The notes under the pieces: model-generated
The model's database searches: none
Told to the model about the DNA's origin: nothing
What the model saw: only the letters and a program-made list of their open reading frames with translations
Translations under genes and position numbers: made by a program
Part shown: positions 28,112-39,215 of the stretch, in pieces
Layout: each line of letters begins with the position of its first letter
How positions within the stretch are numbered: position 1 is the first letter of the stretch
Source of the DNA: Microcoleus sp.
GTDB taxonomy: Bacteria > Cyanobacteriota > Cyanobacteriia > Cyanobacteriales > Microcoleaceae
NCBI GenBank assembly: GCA_052279835.1
Contig: CP181291.1
Location: forward strand, 608,001 to 672,000
DNA length: 64,000 bases
Reading direction: 5' to 3'

Positions 28112-30718
28112 TCAAACAGTGGCGATCGCTAGTTTGACACACCGTTGTATATAAATTTGAGCTACACTATCTGTAGGATGGTGTTGCAGACAGGCCGAAA
28201 ATAATTCTCTAGCTTCTACAAACCTGTTGCTATGATAATATACCAAAGCTTGTTCAAAGATGGCTTTAGTCTCTAACTTTTTCTGTCGCGACTCCGGCCC
28301 ATCCGCCTCAAATACTTCATAAACTGTGATGGGTCGCGATTTACCTTTAACTTTGACGCGATCGACTAACCTCAAATCATAAACTTCTTCCAACTGGATA
28401 AAAGTATTGTGAGTAATTAACATCGATACTCCATATTCTTTCGTCAAATTTTCAATGCGGGAGGCTAAATTTACTGCATCACTAATCACCGTACTATCCA
28501 TCCGATTTTGCCCCCCAACAGTCCCCAACATTAAAGAACCTGTATTGATACCAATGCCAATTTGTAGCGGCTGGCGATCGGGTTGAGTACGAGTAGTATT
28601 GTATTCATTTAGTTGCTCTAGCATCACAATTCCAGCTTTCACAGCATGGTCTGCACTACCATCAAACAATGCCATAATCGCATCGCCAATATATTTATCA
28701 ATAAAGCCATAATTATCAGTAATTGCGGGTTCCATCCGCGATAAATAACCATTAATAAATTGAAAATTTTCTTGGGGATTCATAGTTTCAGATAGCGTTG
28801 TGAAATCACGAATATCTGAAAATAGCACCGACATTTCTTTTTGTACCTGATCCCCTAATTTCACCTCTAAAATACTTTCATATCCCAGAAAATACAGAAA
28901 TTCATGCGGCACAAATCGCCCGTAAGCATCTGTTAATTTTTCTTCTGCTGCTAGGGCTTTTTCTAAGTCGTCTGTGAATTGACGGCGCTCTTTTTCTACA
29001 CATTGACGTTCTGTGATATCTTGAAATGCTGCGATCGCATAGACTATATTTTTTCCTTCGTCGTAAATTGGTGTCGCCCAAACCTCAATGGGCACAATCC
29101 GATCGGGGCGGTGAATTTCAGCATCATCAACACGCACAACTTCTCCTCGCAGCGCCCGAATCACCGGTTGGCGATCCATGGGATATAATTGATTAGTTCC
29201 CGCACAATAAGCTTGATAAACTTCTGGTAACTTACCAGGAATAACATCGCAAACTAAACCTTGACCAAATATCTTTGTACCGGCCGAATTCATGTAGCAA
29301 GGTTTTCCATTAGCATCTACGACAAATATTCCCACCGGCATCGCTTCCAGTAATTGAGTCAGCCGATTTTCACTTTCTGACAATTCCTCATTTAACTTTT
29401 CTTCTGCTGCTAAAGCTTTTTCCAAATCATTGGTAAACCTGAGCCGTTCCATTTCTACCTCTTTTCGCAGAGTAATATCCTCAGCAAAACCCTGGTAGTA
29501 AAGCACGTCACCATTCCCATCAAAAATAGTGCGTGCATACTCAGAAATCCAAATAATCCTACCATCTTTGCAGTAAACCTGAGACTCAAACTCAGATAGA
29601 GTACCGTGGTTTTTCATCAAATTCAGAAACTCTTGACGGCGATTCGGGGTCACATACAATTGGTGCTCAATATCATTAACAGTTGCTATCAATTCTGCTG
29701 GCGAATCATAGCCATAGATTTGAGCGAGAGCCGGATTAGCACTCATAAAATGTCCGTCTGTCGTAGTCTGAAAAATACCTTCAAGAGCATTTTCAAATAT
29801 GCTGCGATACTTCTCCTCAGCTTGAATTAAGGCTGCTTCCGCTTTCTTCCGTTCCGTAATATCAGTAAAAGCGATAATCCCATCGGAAATTTCCCCTATA
29901 GAATCATAAATTGGAGTCGCCCAACTTTCAATGGGAATAATCTTATTACCAGCACGAATTTCTACACTTTCAGTGCGCATATTTTCGCCCCGAAGTGCGC
30001 GCATAATTGGCAATTCTTCTACAGGACATCTCTGATTTGTTCCTGATTTATAAAATTGATAAATTGCTGCTTTTTGCTCGGAATTAATATGGGGTACAGT
30101 TCCTTTACCAAAGATCTCCCGCGCTTTCTGATTTGCATAAAAAGATTGACCGCTGGCATCGAGCACGCACACACCCAACGGCATCGCTTCTAAATATTGC
30201 CTCAAGCGACTTTCGTTTTCGTGGAGTGTAGCAATTAACCTTGCCTGCTTGCGACTTAATTTTGCTAATTCCTGATTCATCTCCTGAAGTTCTACTTGTT
30301 TTTCCGCAAGTTGTTTCTCCTGAAAATACTTATATATTGCCTCTGTTACTGTTAGTTTCAGATCGTCAGGCTGCCAAGGCTTAGCGATATAACGATATAA
30401 TTTGGCATAGTTAATAGCATTAGTAACTGCTTCCAAATCAGCTTGTCCAGTCAGCATAATATTCAGAGATTTCGGAGATATAGCATGAACGTTTCTTAGT
30501 AGTTCGTCTCCTTTCATATTCGGCATAATTTGATCGCAAATAATCAAAGGAACTTCATAGTTATCTGCCAGTAATTGTGACAGTAACTCTAAGGCTTCTT
30601 CACCGCTTTCTGCCGTTTCAATTAAATATTTATCTTCAAAGGCTTTGAGCAAATCTATTTCCAGACTATTTAGTATAGTCGGCTCGTCATCTACACAAAT
30701 AATGACTGGTTTTTTCAT
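28112..30718 (-). CDS. Class III adenylate cyclase with REC and three PAS domains
   Basis: LFSDIRDFT, DKYIGDAIM, DSTVISDAVNLASRIE, VKVKGK; N-terminal receiver ICDQIMP. Confidence 0.93.
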   Translation of the reverse strand: MKKPVIICVDDEPTILNSLEIDLLKAFEDKYLIETAESGEEALELLSQLLADNYEVPLIICDQIMPNMKGDELLRNVHAISPKSLNIMLTGQADLEAVTNAINYAKLYRYIAKPWQPDDLKLTVTEAIYKYFQEKQLAEKQVELQEMNQELAKLSRKQARLIATLHENESRLRQYLEAMPLGVCVLDASGQSFYANQKAREIFGKGTVPHINSEQKAAIYQFYKSGTNQRCPVEELPIMRALRGENMRTESVEIRAGNKIIPIESWATPIYDSIGEISDGIIAFTDITERKKAEAALIQAEEKYRSIFENALEGIFQTTTDGHFMSANPALAQIYGYDSPAELIATVNDIEHQLYVTPNRRQEFLNLMKNHGTLSEFESQVYCKDGRIIWISEYARTIFDGNGDVLYYQGFAEDITLRKEVEMERLRFTNDLEKALAAEEKLNEELSESENRLTQLLEAMPVGIFVVDANGKPCYMNSAGTKIFGQGLVCDVIPGKLPEVYQAYCAGTNQLYPMDRQPVIRALRGEVVRVDDAEIHRPDRIVPIEVWATPIYDEGKNIVYAIAAFQDITERQCVEKERRQFTDDLEKALAAEEKLTDAYGRFVPHEFLYFLGYESILEVKLGDQVQKEMSVLFSDIRDFTTLSETMNPQENFQFINGYLSRMEPAITDNYGFIDKYIGDAIMALFDGSADHAVKAGIVMLEQLNEYNTTRTQPDRQPLQIGIGINTGSLMLGTVGGQNRMDSTVISDAVNLASRIENLTKEYGVSMLITHNTFIQLEEVYDLRLVDRVKVKGKSRPITVYEVFEADGPESRQKKLETKAIFEQALVYYHSNRFVEARELFSACLQHHPTDSVAQIYIQRCVKLAIATV

Positions 30719-31110
30719 AATCTTCCTATACCAGACTTAATCGCTTCAATTAATTCTTGATGGTTCCAAGGTTTTGCTAATAAAGCATGGACGTTTGCTT
30801 GATTTTTGGTACGTTCAATCGCATCTTTGTCAGCTTGTCCAGTCAGCATCACAGTCACAATTTTTGGATATTTTTGATGAATCTCGATCAGCAACTGATC
30901 TCCTTTCATTCCAGGCATTAACCAATCAGAGACAATCACCAGGATATTTACCTCATCTTGACATAACTCTGCAATAATCTCCAGTGCTTCGGCCGCACTT
31001 TCAGCAAATTCGTAGAGATAATGTCCGTTAAAAGCCTGTTGCAGTTCTATTTCCAGACTTTCTAGTACGGATATTTCATCGTCTACACACAGAATAGCTG
31101 GTTTAACCAT
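30715..31110 (-). CDS. Single-domain response regulator
   Basis: ILCVDDE, VSDWLMP, MLTGQ, AKPW; ATG 31110. Confidence 0.9.
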   Translation of the reverse strand: MVKPAILCVDDEISVLESLEIELQQAFNGHYLYEFAESAAEALEIIAELCQDEVNILVIVSDWLMPGMKGDQLLIEIHQKYPKIVTVMLTGQADKDAIERTKNQANVHALLAKPWNHQELIEAIKSGIGRL

Positions 31111-31224
31111 TGCTTGTTTCCTCTTTGAGTATAGTATGCTGATTGGGCGAGCGCGATCGGCAAGATTTCCCAATTAATTATACAATCCCGACACGGAATT
31201 ATTTCGAGCGCATAACCCACTTAC

Positions 31225-32659
31225 CTACTCCGGTAAATTTATCGGCAAAGAGACTGTAAATGTAGTTTTAGCAGGCATCGATTCCACATCAATTTTACCC
31301 TGATGTTTATCAATTATTTTTCGGACAATATCCAATCCTAAACCGCTGCCTTCGCCGATGGATTTAGTAGTAAAGAACGGCTCAAATATTTTTGGCAATA
31401 CTTCAGGCGGAATTCCCTTGCCACTATCAGTAATGCTAATTTTTACCCAGTTATTTTCATGTACTATATCAATTCTTAAAATTCCTTTATCGTCCATCGC
31501 TTGTAAAGAATTATGCACTAAATTTGTCCAAACTTGATGGAGTTCGTCGGGATAGCACAGTACCGCTGGCACTCCGGCTTGATAGTTTTTGATGACTTCG
31601 ACACCGTGTTTGAGTTGATTCTGGTAAAGAGTTAATACAGTTTCGATTCCCTCAGCAATATTCACCTCTAATTTTTCTCCATTAAAGTCGTAACGCGCAT
31701 AACTTTTCAACGCAAACACGACTTTTGCTGCACGTTCGGTAGCGGTAGCGATCGTTTTAGCACTTCTCTGAATACTAGAAAACTCATAAGCTGTCTTGAG
31801 GATTTTTTCGCTATCCGGGTCTTTTAACAGCGACAAAAATGATTGTAAATCTGTCTGCAAGCCGAGATTGACTAACATACCAGCAAGACTGTCCGCATTA
31901 CCAATCTCTTGGAACTCTAGCTGCTGCTTCACACCTCTTTTGAATTCTCGTTTTTCTCGCGTCGATAAAGAGTAATCCTGTTTGCTGGAAACTGTGCATT
32001 AAATTCACGAAATCTTGCTGGCGATCGACGGAAAGTTCTTTAAAAAAAACGGGCAAACTTTCTAGATTATTATCCAAAAAATTGTTAATGTTGCCAATAG
32101 ACGATCGAATCGCACCTAGGGGCGTATTGATTTCGTGAGCAATCCCAGCAATCAGTTGTCCCAGCGCGGCCATTTTTTCCGACTGTACCAAGTGATTTTG
32201 AGTGGCTTTTAATTGTGCTAAAGCAACTGTTAACTCTTCATTTTTTTGCTTGAGTTTATTTTGCAACTTACACATGGCTAAATGAGTTTCCACTCTCACC
32301 AACACCTCTTCAACTTGAAAAGGTTTAGTAATATAATCTACACCACCTACAGCAAAAGCTTTTACTTTATCTAGCACATCGTTAATTGCGCTAATAAAAA
32401 TGACCGGAATGTCGCGAGTGCGTTCATCTGCTTTGATTTTTTGACATACTTCATAGCCATTCATTTCCGGCATCATAATATCCAGTAAAATCAAATCTGG
32501 AGGCATTCCCCTAGCAGCAGAAAGTGCCAATTCACCATTAGGGACTGGGCGGACTTTATAGCCCTTTCCATTCAATATTCCCGCTAACAGGCGCAAATTA
32601 GCTGGTGTATCATCTACTACTAAGATATTACCGTTGTTAGTATTCGTTTCGTTATTCAT
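31225..32659 (-). pseudogene. REC-histidine kinase split by a frameshift (ORFs 31898-32659 and 31225-31932)
   Basis: First ORF has REC plus AHEINTPLG H-box, second has the HATPase (NLVHNS, DSGKG, FEPFFTTK, GSGLGL); a shifted frame near 31965-31985 reads LSTREKREFKRGVKQQL and joins them. Confidence 0.82.
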
Positions 32660-35525
32660 GGTATTTACTTTCAGAAATTAAATTCAACACTCGATCGTAG
32701 TCAAAATTCTCTATACAATTTGCGATCGCACTGGCCAGTAAAGGATTCTGCAAACTAATTTGGGCGATCGAGCTATCTATTAAATCCAGATCTATATTCA
32801 GTATGGCCAGCTTTAACTCAGCTACTAATTGCTGGGGTAATCCGTTGAAAGCATCCACAGTAAGTACCTCAAAATCCCCATTGTTTATTTTCAGTACATT
32901 AACTTCCTTTGTATTTTCATAAATATAGCGCACTCCAATATGTTTGTGCATAGCATCAAAAATCTCGGCTTCCCGGAAAGGTTTCCGCATAAAGGCATCG
33001 CAACCCGCTGACAAAATCACTGCCCGTTCCTCCTCCAAAACACTAGCAGTGAGTGCAATAATCGCAGTAGCTTGACCTTTGACAGTACCTTTTATATGTT
33101 TGGTTGCTTCGTAACCGTCCATCACAGGCATTCTCATATCCATCCAAATTAAATGCGGTTCCCAACTGTCCCAAATTTCAATAGCTTCTTGACCATTTAT
33201 GGCTTCTTTCAATTGAAACCCCAGAGGATTCAGGATTTTAATTAAGAGTTGGCGATTCAGCGGTTTATCGTCTACTATCAAAATTCGATAGGGGTGTTGG
33301 TTTGGTTCCAGGGCAATCACATGATTAGTTAATTTTTTGCTTTCAACTTCAGCACTTTCGACCACAATAACTTGAATATCAAACTGAAAAACGGTGCCTT
33401 TTCCCACCGAGGACATGACACTCATTTCACCACCCATTAATTCAACAAACTTGCGACTAATTGGCAAACCTAATCCTGTACCCTCTTGGGAGTCTTTTCC
33501 TGTTTGTGTTTGTACAAAAGGTTCAAAAAGATTATCTAATTCTTCCTGGGAAATACCCTTCCCTGTATCTTCTACTTCAAAATGCAGAAACAAAGAAGAA
33601 TTAACCGGGACTGAATCCGGGGCATAGATTGAATCATCAAGGGGAATTGGCGAGGCAAAATTAGCATTTTTATACAGAGCTAATTCGGAGTCTTGAACAT
33701 CTTTAATTTGGCGATTCTTGATTTTTTTAGACTTTTCTAACATCGGAGAACTTTCCGATTCTGCCTGCTTGCTAATTTTAACCGATACACCACCCTCATC
33801 AGTAAATTTGAGAGCGTTGTTAAGCAGATTAATTAAGACTTGTCGCAATTTTAGTTCGTCAGTTTCCACGTATTGTGGTACATCAGGACTGCGGTCAAAA
33901 ACCAACTGCAATTTTTTGTCATCTGCTTTTAATTGAAACATATCTTCGACATCGCACAGCAGGCGATAAATGTCTATTTTTTTGGGATTGAGGGTAGTGC
34001 GTCCCGCTTCAATTTTGGATAAATCGAGAACATTGTTAATTAGGGTGAGCAGGTGTTCTCCGCTGCTGCTAATTATGTTCATATTTTCTTGGTCTTCTCG
34101 CGATAGAGTTTGGCTGCGAGTCATTAGTTGGGAAAAGCCGAGAATTGCATTGAGAGGCGATCGCAATTCGTGACTCATGTTAGCCAAAAAGGTACTTTTA
34201 GCTTGATTGGCGACTTCAGCTTTGTCTTTAGCTACAGCTAATTCTGCCGTCCGTTCTTCCACTCTATTTTCGAGATTTTCAAAAGAATGTTGCAGTTGTT
34301 GAGCCATGCTGTTAAATGCTTTGCCTAATTCTCCCAATTCGTCTTTACGTTGAATTTCTAATGTTTGATTCCATTCACCTTTGGCAAGGTTTTTGGCTGC
34401 TGTATTTAAGCGCCAAATAGGATTTGTCACCCACCGAGAAGTAAAAATTCCAATGACTACAGCTACTCCCAAAGCAGCCAAACATAACCAAATCGTCATG
34501 CGGGTATTGGCATCTATTTCAGCGGTGAAATCAGCTTCGGGAACCACGACCACAATTAGCCAGTCTAAACCTTTGCCATCTTGAAAGGGTAGGACTTTGA
34601 CAAATTGTGGTTTGCCTTCTATTGGAAAATTTAAAGTATAGGAAGCTTTAATTTCTTTTAATTTTTGAAAATGACTTGCTACATATTTTGCAGTAGCTTG
34701 AGTCGTAGCATCAACACTTTCTTCAGCTTTAAACAGTTCTTTGTTATTACCTCTGGTACGGAAAGGTTTTTCGGAAGTGGAAGTAGCCAGCAGGGTGCCG
34801 TTTCTTTCCATGATAAATGCCTGTCCCGATTTGCCAACTTTGAGACTGTTTAAAAATTGACCAATGTGATCGAGGCGCAAGGCAGTAATTAATACTCCTT
34901 CCAGTTGGTCATTTTCGTAGACTGGTTGCAGAGCGCTGATGATTAATGTCGGCTCCAAAAAAGAAATGTAAACTGAACTCCAAGTGGGTTTGCCTGCGTT
35001 AGCCGCATTTTGGTATGAAGGATGTTGGCGAATATCGAAAGACTTGACAACAGTTGCTACTGTAGTGCGATCGCCTGTATTGTTAGTATTGTAAGAATAA
35101 AAGTCAAGCCCAGTAGAGCGTCCTGACATATTAATCATCAGGGAGCCATTGGAAAGTTTTTCTCCGGTTCTATATTCTCCATTTTTATTGCCAATGGATG
35201 TAAAATTGATATAAGGATATAATTGTACTTGCCGCCACAGGTATTGCTCCCAAGCTGATAAATCTTCCATGTTTAACAGCCCCAGTTTGACTGCATCCAG
35301 CTTACTTTGATTAATTTGATGGGGCGTGGCGACGTAAATTTGCAGGTTTTGCTCGACGCGAGCACTAACTTCGCTCATCAACTGACTAGCTAAGTTATTA
35401 ACTGCTTTTTGTCCGTTTCTAAAAGAAAGATATCCTACAAGTCCCACGGCTCCGACTATTTGCAGTACAAAGGGAACTATCAGTACAGTTCGCAGGGGAA
35501 GTTTCTCTAAAAGTTTAAAAACCAT
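32652..35525 (-). CDS. Membrane hybrid histidine kinase: Cache - HAMP - HisKA - HATPase - REC
   Basis: Two TM helices around a periplasmic Cache region, [39 protein letters not shown]. Confidence 0.93.
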   Translation of the reverse strand: MVFKLLEKLPLRTVLIVPFVLQIVGAVGLVGYLSFRNGQKAVNNLASQLMSEVSARVEQNLQIYVATPHQINQSKLDAVKLGLLNMEDLSAWEQYLWRQVQLYPYINFTSIGNKNGEYRTGEKLSNGSLMINMSGRSTGLDFYSYNTNNTGDRTTVATVVKSFDIRQHPSYQNAANAGKPTWSSVYISFLEPTLIISALQPVYENDQLEGVLITALRLDHIGQFLNSLKVGKSGQAFIMERNGTLLATSTSEKPFRTRGNNKELFKAEESVDATTQATAKYVASHFQKLKEIKASYTLNFPIEGKPQFVKVLPFQDGKGLDWLIVVVVPEADFTAEIDANTRMTIWLCLAALGVAVVIGIFTSRWVTNPIWRLNTAAKNLAKGEWNQTLEIQRKDELGELGKAFNSMAQQLQHSFENLENRVEERTAELAVAKDKAEVANQAKSTFLANMSHELRSPLNAILGFSQLMTRSQTLSREDQENMNIISSSGEHLLTLINNVLDLSKIEAGRTTLNPKKIDIYRLLCDVEDMFQLKADDKKLQLVFDRSPDVPQYVETDELKLRQVLINLLNNALKFTDEGGVSVKISKQAESESSPMLEKSKKIKNRQIKDVQDSELALYKNANFASPIPLDDSIYAPDSVPVNSSLFLHFEVEDTGKGISQEELDNLFEPFVQTQTGKDSQEGTGLGLPISRKFVELMGGEMSVMSSVGKGTVFQFDIQVIVVESAEVESKKLTNHVIALEPNQHPYRILIVDDKPLNRQLLIKILNPLGFQLKEAINGQEAIEIWDSWEPHLIWMDMRMPVMDGYEATKHIKGTVKGQATAIIALTASVLEEERAVILSAGCDAFMRKPFREAEIFDAMHKHIGVRYIYENTKEVNVLKINNGDFEVLTVDAFNGLPQQLVAELKLAILNIDLDLIDSSIAQISLQNPLLASAIANCIENFDYDRVLNLISESKYHE

Positions 35526-35703
35526 AAGTTTGAGAGGTTTGGTGAACTTAATCTAGGACAGTCCTGGTACAATCTGTCTCAAAAGCAGCGCCATCAACGG
35601 GCAATTAGCTATAGGTAATTGTTTTCTGGTTATTCGCTGCGGTAGATGCTCAACCCCGATCAATTTAAATCTAGTATTGGCGATGTTATAGGCTGTTATT
35701 GTA

Positions 35704-36303
35704 TCAATCTAAAGTGTGCTGTTGCGCTTCCATTTCATAAGACATCTCAAGGTAAAAAGCTCCATTCTTAGGGAGAATCGTAAACTCTTTCACCTGGGAA
35801 AGATTAATATTTGATGCCATAGGTAGAAAGAATTCGGAAACTCCAAACCACCGCTTTACCGTCAACCCCAAGCAGAATCTTAGCTGATTGCCAATAAGCT
35901 TGGGGCGTTGGCCTCCAGAATTAGGGTAAGCCACTTTGAACAACTTAGACCCTTTTAGGTATCCCGGCGGCTTGGGCTTAAAGTGTAATTTACCTTTGAT
36001 ATGCAAATCTCTTAATTCCTTAAAAGACTTGAAGGCTTCCGCGACCGACATCAATGTTTGCTGCATTGGCGTTGATGGCAACGACTTAGCAACCATTGAT
36101 TTTGCCACTGACGGCTCAAAGGATAAGTCGAACTTTCCCGTCAACAGTTTTCCTGTTTTAAAAAAAGTTTGACGCGCCCAATAGACGCCACTGTTGTACA
36201 GTTTGCCAGATTGCTGACAGACATACTTTAATAGTGCATGAAGTTCTTTGTTGGGCGACAACAATACTTGCTGAATTCCCATTGCTTTTTTGAGTTGAGA
36301 CAC
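35704..36303 (-). pseudogene. tnpB: TnpB N-terminal fragment lacking RuvC and zinc finger
   Basis: KLYNSGVYWARQ, QQTLMSVAEAFKSF, KPKPPGY, FYLEMSYE; stops just before the expected GIDxG motif. Confidence 0.8.
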
Positions 36304-36384
36304 CTCTATTTCCCTAATAACTGGTGGATTTACCTAGTCTAAGCAATTATAGTGGATCTATCAACCTGCATCAACAAAATATTT

Positions 36385-36487
36385 ATGCTGCCACTCGCCG
36401 AATATCAAATACACAACCACGTCAGGTAATATTAGTAGTGAGGTGGGAAAGAAATACATAGAAGACCCGCATCATTCCGCTAATTAA
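36385..36487 (+). pseudogene. tnpA: IS200 TnpA remnant (N- and C-termini joined)
   Basis: MLPLAEYQIHNHV followed out of frame by GNISSEVGKKYIEDPHHSAN*, resembling the Y1 transposase C-terminal helix. Confidence 0.6.
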
Positions 36488-36823
36488 GAAAAATTACGGG
36501 GACTGAAGTCCCCCGTGCCGCTTCCATCTCAGCACTAAAGTGCCTGAGTTTCCCGCATCCGGTATTAGTTTTATGATTTTGACAATTTAGGCAGATTTTT
36601 TAGTAGGAGGCGAGGAGAAATGCCCCAGACACTTTATTTAAGGGCTAGTTGAGTCAAGTCGATGAGGAATGGTAGATTTAGTTTAGTCAGTCAGCGTGCG
36701 TGGGCAAGAATCCGGGCGACTCGAAGGCAATTGCTGGATTGTTAAGGGATGTGGAGGCTAGCGATCGAATTTGCGATCGGACTAGCTATTTTAGGCAAGA
36801 CGTGATATAGTCAAAAAAGTTGA

Positions 36824-36896
36824 GGGCACGTAGCTCAGTGGATAGAGCATCAGGTTCCGGTCCTGAGGGTCGGGGGTTCGAATCCCTCCGTGCTCA
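36824..36896 (+). tRNA. trnR-CCG: tRNA-Arg (anticodon CCG)
   Basis: Acceptor GGGCACG/CGTGCTC, D arm GCTCAGTGGATAGAGC, anticodon arm TCAGG-TTCCGGT-CCTGA, T loop GGTTCGAATCC; CCA not encoded. Confidence 0.96.
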
Positions 36897-36928
36897 TTTT
36901 GTATGATGATACCTGTGGCATAATTATT

Positions 36929-36955
36929 GTGGAACAGGCAATATGCCTGTTCCAC
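36929..36955. repeat. Palindromic REP-like hairpin downstream of the tRNA
   Basis: GTGGAACAGGCA-ata-TGCCTGTTCCAC; same family at 44888-45039 (interrupted) and a half site near 10548-10560. Confidence 0.75.
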
Positions 36956-37095
36956 ACTTGCTTTTGTGGAGAGTTGGCGTTATGTATGTTCACCATCGAT
37001 CGATCGACTACGAACTGACACACCTTAATGGTTTCAAAAATTGGGGTTGAGCTGCCAAGCCCAACCTCATTTTCACCACGAATCATGGCTCAGGG

Positions 37096-38658
37096 TCAAA
37101 TATCATCATTGTCTTGACCTTGTACCCCCTGAAGAATCCGCGATAATTCACTCTTCTCATTAATTGTAATTCGAGTCGGAGAACCGCTGATAATGCGTTC
37201 GTAACTGCGGAAAGAATCCCGAATTACGGGTCCGTTATCAGTAATAGTGTATTCCCGAATTCCCTTGTCATGCCAGGAACCACGCATTTTAAACACATTA
37301 ATTGCCCGCGACATTTCCCCTCTAATTTCCACATACTGAAGCATGATGATCGTGTCAGTAATCGTAGAAATATGGGAATCCGTAATCGAATTAGAACCCA
37401 TAAACTGGTCGCTTGTATTCGTAAAAAAGCCTGTAATTTCCTCCTGCTTGGCGAAAGCTGTCACTCCAATCACGAATTGCCGGAAGGAATTATTGCTAAC
37501 TCCCCGTTCTAAAGCTGACAGGGAATCGATCGCAATTCGAGAGGGTTTAAAATCGGCAATTTCTGATTTAATATTTTGCAAATGGTCTTCCAAACCAGCA
37601 GATTCTGGGTAATTACAAAGAATTTTTAACAAACCTTTATGTTCCATTTCCTCAAAATCAATGCCCCAAGAATAAGCATTGCGGAACAACTGCGCCCGCG
37701 ACTCTTCATAGGCAAACAGCATGGCGCGATCGCCATTCATGCAAGCATTCTCCAAAAACTTGCTTACCAATAGGGTTTTGCCCGTTCCCGTCGCACCCGT
37801 AGCCAAAATAATCGAGTCTTTAAAGAAACCGCCCCCGCACATTTCGTCGAGAGTTTTGTCGCCGGAGGAAACCCGAACATTGGAAGATCTTTGAGTCAAT
37901 CGCATAGCCCCCAAGGGAAAAATATTAATGCCGTCATTAGTGATTGTAAAAGGATACTCGCCCTTCATGTGAGTGGTCCCCCGCAACTTCAAAATTTCCA
38001 TAGTCCGGCGGCGACGTTCTCCTTCCAAAACGTTGCGAACAATCACCACATTATCCGAGACAAATTCCTCGACTCCAAACCGGGCCACCGGGCCGTATTC
38101 TTCCACTCGTTCCGTAGTCATGATTGTAGTTGCGCCTACTTGTTTGAGGCGTGCAACTAAACGGAAAATTTCGCGTCGCACCACCGATGCAGCGTCGTAT
38201 TGCTGAAATACTGCCGTCACCGAATCAATAGAAACCCGCCTCGCTTTATATTTGCGTATGGCATATTGAATGCGTTCGATTAAGGCAGATAAGTCAAAAT
38301 TTCCCACGATATCCTGACCTTCTGGGTCTGGGGAAGCGTCTAAAATAAATAGCTTACCTTCATCGATAAATTTAGTCAAATCCCAGCCGAAACTGTAGGC
38401 ATTTTTAATAATGTCTGTGGGAGATTCTTCAAAAGTTACAAAAACTCCGGCTTCGTCAAAATGGGTGATTCCGTTGTAAAGAAATTGTACAGCAAATAAG
38501 GTTTTTCCGGTTCCCGACGTGCCACTGACTAGGGTAGTTCTGCCGATCGGCATTCCGCCGTGACTGATGTCATCGAAGCCTTCAATCATGGTGCGGATTT
38601 TTTGAACTCCCGCCGTTACCAATCCTTCTGGTTGCACCGTTTGACTAATTTCATTCAT
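37096..38658 (-). CDS. kaiC: Circadian clock ATPase/kinase KaiC
   Basis: Two P-loops GTSGTGKT and GATGTGKT, FEE/YEE catalytic pairs, DSHISTITD phosphosites. Confidence 0.99.
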   Translation of the reverse strand: MNEISQTVQPEGLVTAGVQKIRTMIEGFDDISHGGMPIGRTTLVSGTSGTGKTLFAVQFLYNGITHFDEAGVFVTFEESPTDIIKNAYSFGWDLTKFIDEGKLFILDASPDPEGQDIVGNFDLSALIERIQYAIRKYKARRVSIDSVTAVFQQYDAASVVRREIFRLVARLKQVGATTIMTTERVEEYGPVARFGVEEFVSDNVVIVRNVLEGERRRRTMEILKLRGTTHMKGEYPFTITNDGINIFPLGAMRLTQRSSNVRVSSGDKTLDEMCGGGFFKDSIILATGATGTGKTLLVSKFLENACMNGDRAMLFAYEESRAQLFRNAYSWGIDFEEMEHKGLLKILCNYPESAGLEDHLQNIKSEIADFKPSRIAIDSLSALERGVSNNSFRQFVIGVTAFAKQEEITGFFTNTSDQFMGSNSITDSHISTITDTIIMLQYVEIRGEMSRAINVFKMRGSWHDKGIREYTITDNGPVIRDSFRSYERIISGSPTRITINEKSELSRILQGVQGQDNDDI

Positions 38659-38795
38659 GTCGATTTTTATCAATTGTCAGTATTTTTAAGTTTTCAGCCA
38701 TTAACCGCAGTTCGTTAGTATTTGTACTCATTGTTTAGCTGGTGCTAGCACTCCATAACTAATTACTGCTGACTAATGACTGTAACTTAATTATC

Positions 38796-39110
38796 TTACG
38801 AATTCATGTCTTCTTCGCGAAGTTCTTCATAGAGTAAATCTAATCCTATCAGAACTTTTTCCCGATCGGACAAATCACCAATAATTTTTCGCACCGGAGG
38901 CGGCAGAATTTTTGCCAGGGTAGGGGTTGCCAAAATTTTATCCTCTTCTGCTAGTTGAGGATTTTTGAGAACATCTATCACTTTCAGCGCGTAGACTCCT
39001 TGAAACTCTTGTTCGAGGATGTCCTTAAGGGTCTTCAAAGCTCGCACTGAGTTGGGAGTATTTCCCGCAACGTAAAGCTTGAGAACGTAGGTTTTCTTCA
39101 GAGGAGTCAT
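38796..39110 (-). CDS. kaiB: Circadian clock protein KaiB
   Basis: [14 protein letters not shown]...[23 protein letters not shown]. Confidence 0.99.
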   Translation of the reverse strand: MTPLKKTYVLKLYVAGNTPNSVRALKTLKDILEQEFQGVYALKVIDVLKNPQLAEEDKILATPTLAKILPPPVRKIIGDLSDREKVLIGLDLLYEELREEDMNS

Positions 39111-39215
39111 GAACTTTTATGAGAGATTGAGTGTTAGTTATCAAATTTTAGTTGTAGTTGTTATTTGTCTTAAATCCCCTATTCTTTCGTATTTTATAAT
39201 ATTTTTAGCCCGGTT

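Larger units (their letters stand above)
35704..36572 (-). mobile_element. Degenerate IS200/IS605-family element (truncated tnpB, internally deleted tnpA, left-end hairpins)
   Basis: tnpB 5' half, tnpA remnant, subterminal palindromes CGGGGACTGAAGTCCCC and CTCAG-CACTAAAGTG-CCTGAG at about 36497-36548. Confidence 0.8.

Noticed and set aside
36824..36960. tRNA-anchored integrative element
   Set aside because: No integrase and no duplicated tRNA 3' end were seen; kaiC follows directly.
36850..37086. 78-aa minus-strand ORF
   Set aside because: Antisense to tRNA-Arg and a REP hairpin; likely spurious.
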